Source of the DNA: a virus
IMG/VR virus record: IMGVR_UViG_3300045988_046206
Location: 1-45,379 of that record
Reading direction: 5' to 3' (one strand)
Length of the DNA stretch: 45,379 bases
Positions 37,419-45,379 of this stretch are shown here, piece after piece. Under the pieces are notes generated by a model that made no database searches, was not told where the DNA came from, and worked only from the letters and a program-made list of their open reading frames with translations. The stretch's first letter is position 1. Each line of letters starts with the position of its first letter. The position numbers and the translations under genes are program-made.

Positions 37419-40133
37419 CTATGCCAGTTCAAACGGATTTCTACCGCTTGTATCACGTCTTAATTTTGCTTCTTCGATAATTTCATCAAATACTGTTCTT
37501 CGGTTAATCTGAGCAGTAAATCTGACGTTTCCGCCGCTCTGCTGTCCACCAGATTCCTCACGAACAATTTTTCTGAGCAGTGCTTCTGGTGTTTCGATGT
37601 TATTACCCTGTTTCTGGTCGCCAAGGACGGCTAAAAATTCGCTTCTCGGTGGGATGACCGCACCTTTAGCCAGATAAGGTACTGTTGGAACTCTCGGAAA
37701 ACTTGCAGTAAATCCGATGGTTCTTGAGCCGAACGGAGTCGGTACCTTCCACGGACCAAAGGAAAACGCGGATTCGATGCCGCCGATCGCACTGTTGACC
37801 GTTCCAATCGCACCATTTACAATTCCAATGACCTTGTTCAATATATTCCGAATGGTATCTTTGATTCCACCAAATATATCGACAACCTTATTTTTAGCTG
37901 ATGTAAATTTTCCCACTATACCGTTTTTGATTCTCTCAACAAGGTTTCCAATGGTTGACCAAATCGCATTCCATTTCTGGCGTGCCGTGGATTTTATATT
38001 GTCCCAAATTGTGGATATTTTAGCTCCAAGATTTCTGAGCTTGTTGCCAATATCATTGACAAACGTTACTGTTTTGTTCTTAATCCAATCCCATACTTTG
38101 CCTGCAACTTCTTTAATTTTGTCCCAGTTTTTGTACAGTAATACGCCAATCGCAATACAAGCTCCAACGGCAATAGCGAATATTCCCCCTGGCCCGATAG
38201 CTGTTGCAATAGCTTTAATTCCGCCCATGATACCACCTGCGCCAGTCATTAACGAGATAAGCCCCTTTGCAGCCATGGCTATTCCAGACACACTTTTAAT
38301 AACTCTCGACGCCAATCCTGCAATCTTTGCCGCTGCGAACGCTCCGATCAGAGCCGCACCGAATGCTTCAACAATCGTCTGGTGATCGGCGAGAAACGTA
38401 ACTACTTTTGATACTAGATTAATCACTGTCGGAATTCCTGTTTCAATCAGCCATTTCAGCATCGGAAGAACGATATTGTTGTAAATCCATTCAAGAACGT
38501 TTCCGATAGATTCCAGAATTGGCGCAAATGTACTGGTCAGATTGCTGATAGATTCCAATAGCGGATAGAAGTCCAAGTTCGCTGCCCATGTTGCCGTATC
38601 CTCTGCAATCTTCTCAACAAGCTGCATGACCACCACAAGAGCATCTGCAATGTTCTGTATAATCTGCGTTCCGACATTGTTCTTGTTCCATGCGTCAGCG
38701 AAACCGGAAGCAATATTCCCAATGGTCTTAAGCACGTTCTGGGCAATCTTAAGCATGGTCGTGAGTATTGTTGTACCAGTGCCATTCGTCCAGACTTCCA
38801 CAAGACTTTTACCTACGCTTACAGCGAGCTTTTTAAGTCCATCAAGTGCGGTTTTTGCCGCATTAATAGTATTCTTGCCCTCTTTCTTCCAAGCGTCCTG
38901 GAATGGCTTCCAGAGTTTTTTAAGTAAGTCTGCTAATTTCTTGGCAGAATCACTGATTTTATCCAGTGCATTTTCGCCCTCTGCCAGACTGCCATAATCC
39001 ACACTGCCAACCGAACTCGGCAATCCTCCACTCCCAGAACCAGTTCCACTGGATCCAGAACCGGATGGAGTTGAAGATGTGCCCTCTGTGGAACTAACCT
39101 TGTGTACTTCGTCAAGTGACGAAAGATAGTTTTTTGTTTCCTTATTTGCTTTTTTTGTAGCTGTTGCATTATCTTTATTGGCATTCGCCAATTTCTCTGC
39201 ATTGTCCGCTGCCTGTCCATACTGATCTGCTGTATCCGCGATCGCGTCTGTTCCGGCAAGGCCTGCACCACTTGCACCTGTCTGACCGGAAGATTTCTTC
39301 CCAGTGATTAACTCCGTAAATGACTTGAAGGCATTTGCCAGAGTTGCCAGTTTACCTAGCAAGATATTAATAACTTTCAGAACAGGTGTAAAAATATTAA
39401 TCAATCCCTGTCCGACTGTTGCCTTGAGAGACTGTAACTGCAACTGCATAACTCTGACCTGGTTCGCCCATGAATCAGATGTTCGGACGAAGTCACCAGA
39501 TGCGGCAGACAACTGTTTCTGTACAAAAGCCAGACGAAGAGCCACTTTCTCCTGTTCTGTCATGGCGGATGTGGTTTTGCCGTAGCCATTAGCCAGTGCA
39601 TACTGATCAAGTGCCGACTGGGTCATTACCACGCCGAGGTCTTTGAGCGTTTCTGTTTCACCCGTAAACACTGATTTCAGTTTGATATAAGCTAAGTCCT
39701 GACTGATGTTGTAGAATGATGCCACATCACCAGTCAGTTGTGTCAGAGCCGTTGACATATCATAAGCCTGTGCTTCAGAGAAACCGAACGACTTAGACAT
39801 TGCTCCGAACGTACCGACATACCTTTTTGCCATAGTCTCAGATAATCCGGCAGAAGTCATGGCGTTCTTTGCAAATTCATTTACTTTGTCGGACATGGTG
39901 GTAAATGTAACATCAACCACGTTCTGCACTTCTGCGAGGTCAGAGCCAAGTTCCACACACTCTTTCCCAAACTGTACCAATTTACCGACAGCAAACGCCC
40001 CACCAATCAACAAGCCGATTTTTTTTACAGCACTCCCAAGGCCGTTAAATGACTGTTTTATAGCCGATACTCCGTTTTGTACACCTGATGTGTCCATTCT
40101 GGTATCAATAATGACTGAGCCATCAGCAGCCAT
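37419..40133 (-). CDS. Tail tape measure protein
   Basis: 904 aa, helical with hydrophobic/Gly-rich segments. Position after the chaperone genes. RBS is AGGAGGTGG. Confidence 0.9.
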   Translation of the reverse strand: MAADGSVIIDTRMDTSGVQNGVSAIKQSFNGLGSAVKKIGLLIGGAFAVGKLVQFGKECVELGSDLAEVQNVVDVTFTTMSDKVNEFAKNAMTSAGLSETMAKRYVGTFGAMSKSFGFSEAQAYDMSTALTQLTGDVASFYNISQDLAYIKLKSVFTGETETLKDLGVVMTQSALDQYALANGYGKTTSAMTEQEKVALRLAFVQKQLSAASGDFVRTSDSWANQVRVMQLQLQSLKATVGQGLINIFTPVLKVINILLGKLATLANAFKSFTELITGKKSSGQTGASGAGLAGTDAIADTADQYGQAADNAEKLANANKDNATATKKANKETKNYLSSLDEVHKVSSTEGTSSTPSGSGSSGTGSGSGGLPSSVGSVDYGSLAEGENALDKISDSAKKLADLLKKLWKPFQDAWKKEGKNTINAAKTALDGLKKLAVSVGKSLVEVWTNGTGTTILTTMLKIAQNVLKTIGNIASGFADAWNKNNVGTQIIQNIADALVVVMQLVEKIAEDTATWAANLDFYPLLESISNLTSTFAPILESIGNVLEWIYNNIVLPMLKWLIETGIPTVINLVSKVVTFLADHQTIVEAFGAALIGAFAAAKIAGLASRVIKSVSGIAMAAKGLISLMTGAGGIMGGIKAIATAIGPGGIFAIAVGACIAIGVLLYKNWDKIKEVAGKVWDWIKNKTVTFVNDIGNKLRNLGAKISTIWDNIKSTARQKWNAIWSTIGNLVERIKNGIVGKFTSAKNKVVDIFGGIKDTIRNILNKVIGIVNGAIGTVNSAIGGIESAFSFGPWKVPTPFGSRTIGFTASFPRVPTVPYLAKGAVIPPRSEFLAVLGDQKQGNNIETPEALLRKIVREESGGQQSGGNVRFTAQINRRTVFDEIIEEAKLRRDTSGRNPFELA

Positions 40134-40148
40134 GTGTCCACCTCCTAA

Positions 40149-40721
40149 CTATTTGAGGTTTAACATCTCATTCAGCGCATCCTTGTACGCTTGCTCTTCT
40201 TCGCTGAGACGTGTTTTTATATCAATAATGTTCTTGTTTTCTTGATAGAATTTCTTTTCCCATTTATCAAGCTTTTCGCCCTTTGCTTTTTTCGACCGGA
40301 TTCCAACGACCGTGTTGAACAGACATTCACCGGATTCCATGAAATATCCGAAGAATGTCCACCAGTGCATATACGGCACCGATCTGATTTCTTTACCAGT
40401 GACCTTGTTTACCGCCGGAACGATCATATCGCCATCCTGTTCCCAGTCCATCAAACGGGGCCTTGGGTGGTTTGGATTATCGTCTAACTGTCCGCAGTCG
40501 ATGAATTCTGATGCTTTTTGACAGGCTTCAGATAAGTGTTCCGGCGGAATACTCTGCCAGTCCTCAAACAGAATCTGCAACATAACAACTGCTTTCGCCT
40601 GCTCGTCCAGTTCCGGGTCGTTCATAGCAATGAGAACGTCGATGATTGCTCGAAAATCCGTTCTAATAGAAAAATCCACCCCACTTATGTTAAGCGAGGT
40701 TGGAAGCTCATAGGCGGTCAT
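40149..40721 (-). CDS. Tail assembly chaperone (phage Gp15-like)
   Basis: 190 aa. LNISGVDFSIRTDFRAIIDVLIAMNDPELD... resembles the Gp15 family. ATGA overlap with the upstream chaperone gene. Confidence 0.6.
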   Translation of the reverse strand: MTAYELPTSLNISGVDFSIRTDFRAIIDVLIAMNDPELDEQAKAVVMLQILFEDWQSIPPEHLSEACQKASEFIDCGQLDDNPNHPRPRLMDWEQDGDMIVPAVNKVTGKEIRSVPYMHWWTFFGYFMESGECLFNTVVGIRSKKAKGEKLDKWEKKFYQENKNIIDIKTRLSEEEQAYKDALNEMLNLK

Positions 40722-41143
40722 TTTGTGTACTTCTCCGTATACTTATTGACTGCTGCCTGCATTTTCTTCTTTCTCTTTTCGATTTCTGGTGCGATTGCTT
40801 CTGCAATTTTATCCAGAACGATATAGGCGAACACCTGACCATTTCCGAACACAGTGGTTGCTGTGATCGGCTCTTTGAACAGGTCTTTTGATGCTTCATA
40901 TCCGAGCAGATAGTTGATTTTGTCTTCGATCTGTTTGTTCAGCTCTGCCATTTTTTTACCGGAATCGACCTTCTGAATAGAATCTTTAAGCTGCTCAAAG
41001 TATTCTGTCAGCTCCTCCGCACGTGACGCTACATTGATATCAGTCGGGTTAAGCTTGAAAGAAGAAAAAACTTCGTCTTCGTTGTTGGTAAACGTGAATA
41101 TAAAAATTCCATCATCAATTTTGGTATTAATTACTTTTGCCAT
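40718..41143 (-). CDS. Tail assembly chaperone (gpG-like position)
   Basis: 141 aa, acidic. Lies between the major tail protein and the Gp15-like gene. RBS is AAGGAGGA. Confidence 0.55.
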   Translation of the reverse strand: MAKVINTKIDDGIFIFTFTNNEDEVFSSFKLNPTDINVASRAEELTEYFEQLKDSIQKVDSGKKMAELNKQIEDKINYLLGYEASKDLFKEPITATTVFGNGQVFAYIVLDKIAEAIAPEIEKRKKKMQAAVNKYTEKYTK

Positions 41144-41169
41144 TTAGCATATCCTCCTTGTGTATGTGC

Positions 41170-41670
41170 TTATTCACTGTCAGCTGTGAATGTACCGGAA
41201 CTGATATCAAATTTTCCTTTTACACGTTCGCCAACATAGTTGACAGTAAATGGAATCTGATAGCCAGATGTGTCTCCACCGTAGGATGTCGGCACAACGT
41301 AGCAATCCTGCTGATATGCTTCATACTTGCCTGCTGTGGCTTCTGTCCAGAGATGAACCTCAACTGCTTTTGTTTTGAGGTTATCGTCTTTGAGACGTCC
41401 ATCTACAATCTTCTGTAATGCTCCGAACAAGTCAGATGTGGTATCCGCATAGAACGGATCAGCATCAGAAGATACCTCATAGCCATTATGCTTAAATGTG
41501 GATTCTCCAAGAATGTTTTTAGATGTTTCGGTATCTGGATTGAGTTCAACGTTATACTCTTCCAAATCTTTTCCAAGACGCTCATATTTCGGCGTCAGCC
41601 CTCCGCAGAGGGAACCTGCGTCAATGTAATGAGCCATATATTTACGGTCAATCTTGCCTGTAACTGCCAT
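41170..41670 (-). CDS. Major tail protein
   Basis: Track ORF 41170..41730 trimmed to the ATG 7 nt after AAAGGA. 166 aa. The call rests on position and size. Confidence 0.65.
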   Translation of the reverse strand: MAVTGKIDRKYMAHYIDAGSLCGGLTPKYERLGKDLEEYNVELNPDTETSKNILGESTFKHNGYEVSSDADPFYADTTSDLFGALQKIVDGRLKDDNLKTKAVEVHLWTEATAGKYEAYQQDCYVVPTSYGGDTSGYQIPFTVNYVGERVKGKFDISSGTFTADSE

Positions 41671-41751
41671 AGAAATGTCCTTTCTGCCTATAACTTTTAA
41701 AAGGCTGTGTAGGTTAGCGACTATCTCCAACTGATAGCCGGTTGTTACTCG

Positions 41752-42252
41752 CTATATTGCTTCATAAGTGTTTTCGTAGCGTACCGATAATGGCAATAAC
41801 CAGTCCTGTACGCCACTCTCCTGCGGTTCTAAACCATAGGAGTTGTCACGGGTTATACGTTTTATCACTCGCCCCTGTGAAAGCTCTGGAAAAGCAGATA
41901 AGCGTGTCTCAGCGCCGTTTATGACAACTGGTTCCCGGCATATCCATTTACCGAGATTATCCAAAAATTTCTGAACAGATAATTTCTGCCGTTCCTTGTC
42001 GGATGCTGTTCGGTACACTACATAAAATGGGTACTGACAAATTTGGTGCATTATTCCGCAAACATCTTCTTTTTCTGAATAGATCAAAGCTCCGTTGTCT
42101 GCCGAGAAAGCGATTCCGGAATCTTTGCCGAGTTCCTCAAATTTGATTGTTTCATTTTCGTATAGTCCCGGATACTGGTTCAGAAGTGCTTTCATGGCAT
42201 CTGTCAAAATCTCATATCCGGTTGCATCTTTGCCAATTGGCTTATCTGCCAT
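41752..42252 (-). CDS. Head-tail joining protein (minor-capsid/tail-terminator-like)
   Basis: Track ORF starts at a GTG abutting the SD. The ATG at 42252 has proper spacing after AGGAGGTGG. The call rests on position in the connector block. Confidence 0.55.
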   Translation of the reverse strand: MADKPIGKDATGYEILTDAMKALLNQYPGLYENETIKFEELGKDSGIAFSADNGALIYSEKEDVCGIMHQICQYPFYVVYRTASDKERQKLSVQKFLDNLGKWICREPVVINGAETRLSAFPELSQGRVIKRITRDNSYGLEPQESGVQDWLLPLSVRYENTYEAI

Positions 42253-42733
42253 GTCTGCCACCTCCTGCCTGTGCTTTTACTTTACGAATCCATGTGCTTC
42301 CGTATTGTCGTTTAGCGGCATCAAACCAATGGGCTTGTGCCCGTGGGTGCGCTTGTTTGGTGTATTCAAGATTTTCCTTAGCTGCTGTCTGTCCGGAGAA
42401 CTGACTAACAAGGACTTTCTTCGCATACTGCCGAGCGTAAGGACTTCCAGTCAGCTCGTCCACCATCGTTTTCCCCATATAGAGGAATCTGCCGTAAGGT
42501 TCTGCCGCCGCGCAAACAAAGCCTGTGCCTTGCATAGAGAAACTTCTTGCTCTTGTCTTATCAATAAAATCTCCCGAAACCATCGGCATAAACGGAACCA
42601 TACTGTCCATAACCATCCCATCAAGGAGATACTGAGCTTCTTGGTACTGTTTGGAAAATCTGCTCATATTCAACTTTATTTTCATATCTCCATCGACTAC
42701 GGAGAATCCTTTAAAATGATGAATCTTACTCAT
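42242..42733 (-). CDS. Head-tail joining protein (minor capsid protein family)
   Basis: Track ORF trimmed to MSKIHHFKG... at 42733, one nt after the upstream stop. The call is by position and resemblance. Confidence 0.55.
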   Translation of the reverse strand: MSKIHHFKGFSVVDGDMKIKLNMSRFSKQYQEAQYLLDGMVMDSMVPFMPMVSGDFIDKTRARSFSMQGTGFVCAAAEPYGRFLYMGKTMVDELTGSPYARQYAKKVLVSQFSGQTAAKENLEYTKQAHPRAQAHWFDAAKRQYGSTWIRKVKAQAGGGRHGR

Positions 42734-42734
42734 A

Positions 42735-43196
42735 TTACTTACCCAGAATCTCAAAATGTGGAATCAGTGTATACGGACCGCCTATGCTGGTAATCTTAAA
42801 CACGTTATCCTTGTTCTCGTTCATGTACTGGTAGAATCCGCTCCGATAATCGCCATCAGATACCGTTCCACCAGTCCACTCACCCTCCCAGAAGAATGAT
42901 TCATCCGAGAATGTGATAGTATCTTCCAGAGCGTTGTTAATCTGCCTTTTCCACTCCTTAGGTGGCACCCATGGAAGAATCTTGCCATTCTTGTCAGTAA
43001 TGGTTATATCGCCATTCTGGACAGTGTATCGAACGTGTAACTGTGCGTTGTCAGTTGCGTCTGGTCCGTACTTTTTAAGGATTGCTCCCTTGTCCGTAAT
43101 GAGGTCAACGCCGGATAAAACATGAGGATACCAGTACGCATCTCCTGTTGTGGCACTTTCGTAATAGTTGAAAAGTGTAATTTTAGATGAATACAT
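42735..43196 (-). CDS. Head-tail joining protein (minor capsid protein family)
   Basis: 153 aa. RBS is GAGGAGAGGG. The call rests on position. Confidence 0.55.
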   Translation of the reverse strand: MYSSKITLFNYYESATTGDAYWYPHVLSGVDLITDKGAILKKYGPDATDNAQLHVRYTVQNGDITITDKNGKILPWVPPKEWKRQINNALEDTITFSDESFFWEGEWTGGTVSDGDYRSGFYQYMNENKDNVFKITSIGGPYTLIPHFEILGK

Positions 43197-43212
43197 GATA
43201 CCCTCTCCTCAA

Positions 43213-43482
43213 TTATTCTTTATGCACTGTCTGCTTAATAACCTGATTCACGCCGGTTGCCGACAATCCGTTAAACATACCGACTGCAACCGCTGTGATA
43301 TAGTCCGTTGCCGGGAAATCCGGGATAACTCCCATCCCGACCGCTCCGAGAATTCCACCAATAACCGCCATGATTACTGGAATCCATTCATCAGGGATTT
43401 TTTTTGATGCTTTACAGCCCATTCCTACGATGTAGCAAATCATAACGATTGCGATACATGAGCCTAATGTTGAAATGTCCAT
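43213..43482 (-). CDS. Holin (A118 Hol118 / phage_holin_4_1-like)
   Basis: Track ORF trimmed to the ATG after GAGGTGA. Three hydrophobic segments. KKIPDEWIPVIMAVIGGILGAVGMG...AVAVGMFNGLSATGVNQVIKQ parallels Hol118 (..vPskWlP.vsilIGailGa...aGalaGaggTGlfEqf). Confidence 0.65.
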   Translation of the reverse strand: MDISTLGSCIAIVMICYIVGMGCKASKKIPDEWIPVIMAVIGGILGAVGMGVIPDFPATDYITAVAVGMFNGLSATGVNQVIKQTVHKE

Positions 43483-43492
43483 TATTATCACC

Positions 43493-43867
43493 TCACATCA
43501 ATTTAAGTTCATTGAATATTTTAAAAATTTTTGGTGACTGAATAGCAAACCAGTCAACCATTTCTTCATTCATAGCCCAACTGTCAGCGCTGTTCGAATT
43601 GGAATCAAGCCCAGATTCAAGCAGAAACGCATGGATGATTTCGTGTCTAACAACCTGTTTCTGATAGCTTTTAAGGTCTGCTTTTGCTCCAATCTGTCCC
43701 TGTGATGCCTCCATATCGTCAACCACAATTTCCCGTGTTGACGAATCAGTATAGCCATCTACACTTGTCAGATTCGGATATTCTTTCTTATTCCCGAACT
43801 TCACGCTCCATTCAGAGCCTAAGATATCAACCTTGAAATCCTGCATATAAAATCGGTATCCCTTCAT
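43493..43867 (-). CDS. Small HExxH protein (putative zinc metallopeptidase-like), 124 aa
   Basis: VRHEIIHAF contains HExxH. No other motif recognised. Overlaps the upstream connector gene by 41 nt. Confidence 0.45.
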   Translation of the reverse strand: MKGYRFYMQDFKVDILGSEWSVKFGNKKEYPNLTSVDGYTDSSTREIVVDDMEASQGQIGAKADLKSYQKQVVRHEIIHAFLLESGLDSNSNSADSWAMNEEMVDWFAIQSPKIFKIFNELKLM

Positions 43868-44330
43868 CCGTCCTTACTCCCATCAGAAGCGGTAAAGCTG
43901 TCCTATAAAGTAAGTCGTTCGTTTTCTGCACATCTCCGGCGGCGGCATATACCGCACTCCATTCCTTTGCGCTTGCCCCAATCTGCTGAGGTGTGGCATA
44001 AGAGATAGATTCACTGCCGGATGATAGAGATGTTACAACGCCTGTCGTGCTACCACCGGACCCGATTGCGGTTGACGCACCACTCACAGCGGCATTGGTA
44101 GCATTCTTTTCAGCAAGCTCAATCTGATACATTAATTCAGCCAATGAACAGACCGCCTTTTTGATACGCTTCTGTGAGCGTTCGTTTGTTGGTAGTCCGT
44201 CCACCAACCTGTCAAACGTCATTGTGTCCACAAAATCACTGGCTCTTTCTGCCAGTCGTGGAAAGTCGGTTTCTGGCACGACTGAACCGAAATATGAAGT
44301 TGTATAAAATTCATAATCTGCATAAGCCAT
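43827..44330 (-). CDS. Head-tail connector (gp6/SPP1 gp15-like adaptor)
   Basis: MAYADYEFYTTSYFGSVVPETDFPRLAERASDFVDTMTFDRL is the typical adaptor N-terminus. Immediately follows the capsid gene. Confidence 0.65.
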   Translation of the reverse strand: MAYADYEFYTTSYFGSVVPETDFPRLAERASDFVDTMTFDRLVDGLPTNERSQKRIKKAVCSLAELMYQIELAEKNATNAAVSGASTAIGSGGSTTGVVTSLSSGSESISYATPQQIGASAKEWSAVYAAAGDVQKTNDLLYRTALPLLMGVRTDEGIPILYAGFQG

Positions 44331-44348
44331 GCCAGTTACCTCCTGTGT

Positions 44349-45379
44349 TTATGATTTTGCTGTTACGCTTGCACTTCCGGCATTCAGTGCCTTGTATGTT
44401 CCGTCACACTCAACCACTGTGATCTTCTGTCCGGTTGTTGCCTTAACATCAGCTTTTCCGTCCCATGTAGTCCAGTTTCTGAGATTCTGTCCATAAGTCA
44501 CAGCTGTTTCAGACGCACCAACTTTGTATTTGTATACATTGTTAACGTTTTCTTTAGCCGGATTTACAGTGATTTTTGTGTCGCCGTTTGCTGTTCCAGC
44601 CACGGAATTTACTGTCAGAGTACCAAGCGCTGGTGTCTCATCAATGGTGATTACTGCGATTGCGTCAATGTATTCCGCAAAAAGAGTAAGTCCCATAACT
44701 GCGAATGCTTCGGATACTGCTGTGTGGTAGTTGCCCTGTGTGTGGAATCCGATCAGGTTTGTTTCACCGGATACGGTATACACCAGACCTGCTCTTGCAA
44801 AGTCAGATTCGTTCGGGTCAACATAGTAAAGTACGATGTTCTCAACAGGTGTAGCGATAACCTGTCCTCTCGGGATTTCACTGTCAGACAGTAAGAAGAT
44901 GGTATTGAAGCCCATGAAATCCTTCATATACTGGAAGCCGAACTGGTTCTGAATAGTGATCTCAGCTGCTCCAAGGTATTCATATACGTCCAGAATGTTC
45001 ACAAATCCAACAACGCCAGTCACATTTCTGTGCATCTGTTTGAATTTGTTTTCTACTCGACCTTTAGCCATTGCCAGAGCCATCTGGAATGTAGTTTCTG
45101 TGGAAGTAAGTGTACCAGTTTTCAGATAATCATAGAATCTTCCGGTAACATCAGTCTGAAGTTGGAAAAGGAATTCATCGTCAGTCATCTGAACAGCGTT
45201 CTCATAACCGTGATCCTTGATTGCTTCGATAGATACAGCCTTTGCGTACTTTTCGATAGTCATTTCCGCATAGTTCTTTTCTTTTACAACGAATTTGCTG
45301 TAAGGGATTTCCTCACCCTCTGCCACTTTTCCGCTCTGTAAAGTACCCTCTGCGTATTTTGACTTGAGTACAGCGCCCG
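44349..45379 (-). CDS. Major capsid protein, main part (N-terminus lies at 194..56 across the circular junction); C-terminal Ig-like extension
   Basis: Frame is open through the window end and joins 1..194. Follows the scaffold gene. The last ~85 aa (LTVNSVAGTANGDTKITVNPAKE...KITVVECDGTYKALNAGSASVTAKS) look like a bacterial Ig-like decoration domain. Confidence 0.8.
   Translation of the reverse strand, partial: GAVLKSKYAEGTLQSGKVAEGEEIPYSKFVVKEKNYAEMTIEKYAKAVSIEAIKDHGYENAVQMTDDEFLFQLQTDVTGRFYDYLKTGTLTSTETTFQMALAMAKGRVENKFKQMHRNVTGVVGFVNILDVYEYLGAAEITIQNQFGFQYMKDFMGFNTIFLLSDSEIPRGQVIATPVENIVLYYVDPNESDFARAGLVYTVSGETNLIGFHTQGNYHTAVSEAFAVMGLTLFAEYIDAIAVITIDETPALGTLTVNSVAGTANGDTKITVNPAKENVNNVYKYKVGASETAVTYGQNLRNWTTWDGKADVKATTGQKITVVECDGTYKALNAGSASVTAKS
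45325..45379. repeat. Second copy of the 55-bp terminal repeat
   Basis: Identical to 1..55. Confidence 0.95.

Larger units (their letters stand above)
1..45379. mobile_element. Complete circularly closed genome of a temperate siphovirus-like phage (unique length 45,324 bp)
   Basis: 55-bp terminal overlap. All modules are present: integrase/repressor/Cro-like, replication-recombination, packaging, head, tail, lysis. RBS style and gene families are typical of Firmicutes phages. Confidence 0.9.

Noticed and set aside
37717-38997. Long plus-strand ORFs (222 aa, 123 aa) and the minus off-frame ORFs inside the tape measure gene
   Set aside because: These are shadow frames of a strongly supported 904-aa gene. 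They have repetitive Pro/Ile/Ala/Leu composition, no RBS, and no room for independent expression.
40718-40790. Programmed -1 frameshift joining the two tail chaperone ORFs
   Set aside because: No X-XXY-YYZ slippery heptamer was found near the end of 40718-41143. The downstream ORF has its own ATG in an ATGA overlap, so independent coupled initiation suffices.
42095-42793. 232-aa plus-strand ORF across two connector genes
   Set aside because: It spans the junction of two well-supported minus-strand genes, has no RBS, and has a low-complexity Ser/Cys/Leu composition.
1-45379. Diversity-generating retroelement, retron or CRISPR-Cas content
   Set aside because: No reverse-transcriptase-like ORF, no template/variable repeat pair and no cas-like gene was seen in any frame. 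The duplication in the fibre gene is protein-level modular, not a TR/VR pair.

Overview
The window is a complete, circularly closed genome of a temperate siphovirus-type phage. Bases 1-55 repeat bases 45325-45379, giving a unique length of 45,324 bp. Gene families and AGGAGG-type ribosome-binding sites point to a Firmicutes (Clostridia-like) host. Nearly all genes are on the minus strand.

Modules present:
- Lysogeny: tyrosine integrase 30116-31294 flanked by TGTGACTAAC arm-type repeats, and an XRE repressor 27335-27697 facing a DUF739 Cro-like gene across back-to-back sigma70 promoters.
- An early region dense in tiny ORFs.
- Recombination and replication: ERF, SSB, ERCC4-type nuclease, CHC2 zinc-finger protein, DUF927-type P-loop helicase, and an iteron origin at 19811-20045.
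- Anti-restriction block: a 496-aa C5 methyltransferase with four TRD-like repeats, a Lar-like zinc ribbon, and a radical SAM protein.
- Packaging: a TerS-like domain fused to TerL, and an SPP1-type portal.
- Head, head-tail joining and tail: 904-aa tape measure and a 1116-aa collagen-repeat fibre.
- Lysis: a GH25+CHAP+2xSH3b endolysin.

Best candidates for something new:
1. A kinase-less REC-LytTR response regulator, operonic with a 2TM/glycine-zipper/SHOCT membrane protein, in the moron slot between repressor and integrase.
2. A self-contained 2.7-kb island of five compositionally odd proteins (Q-rich, Gly/Asn/Trp-TM plus Cys-cluster, BclA/C1q-like) that splits the head genes.
3. A 20-bp element present three times (19-20/20 identical) at fixed spacing from an extended -10-like motif.
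4. A tRNA(CAU) with a non-canonical anticodon loop behind a ~320-nt non-coding leader.
5. Two paralogous 45-bp promoter/leader cassettes driving small plus-strand ORFs antisense to the early operon.

All functional calls come from reading motifs in the translated ORFs. No database search was run.
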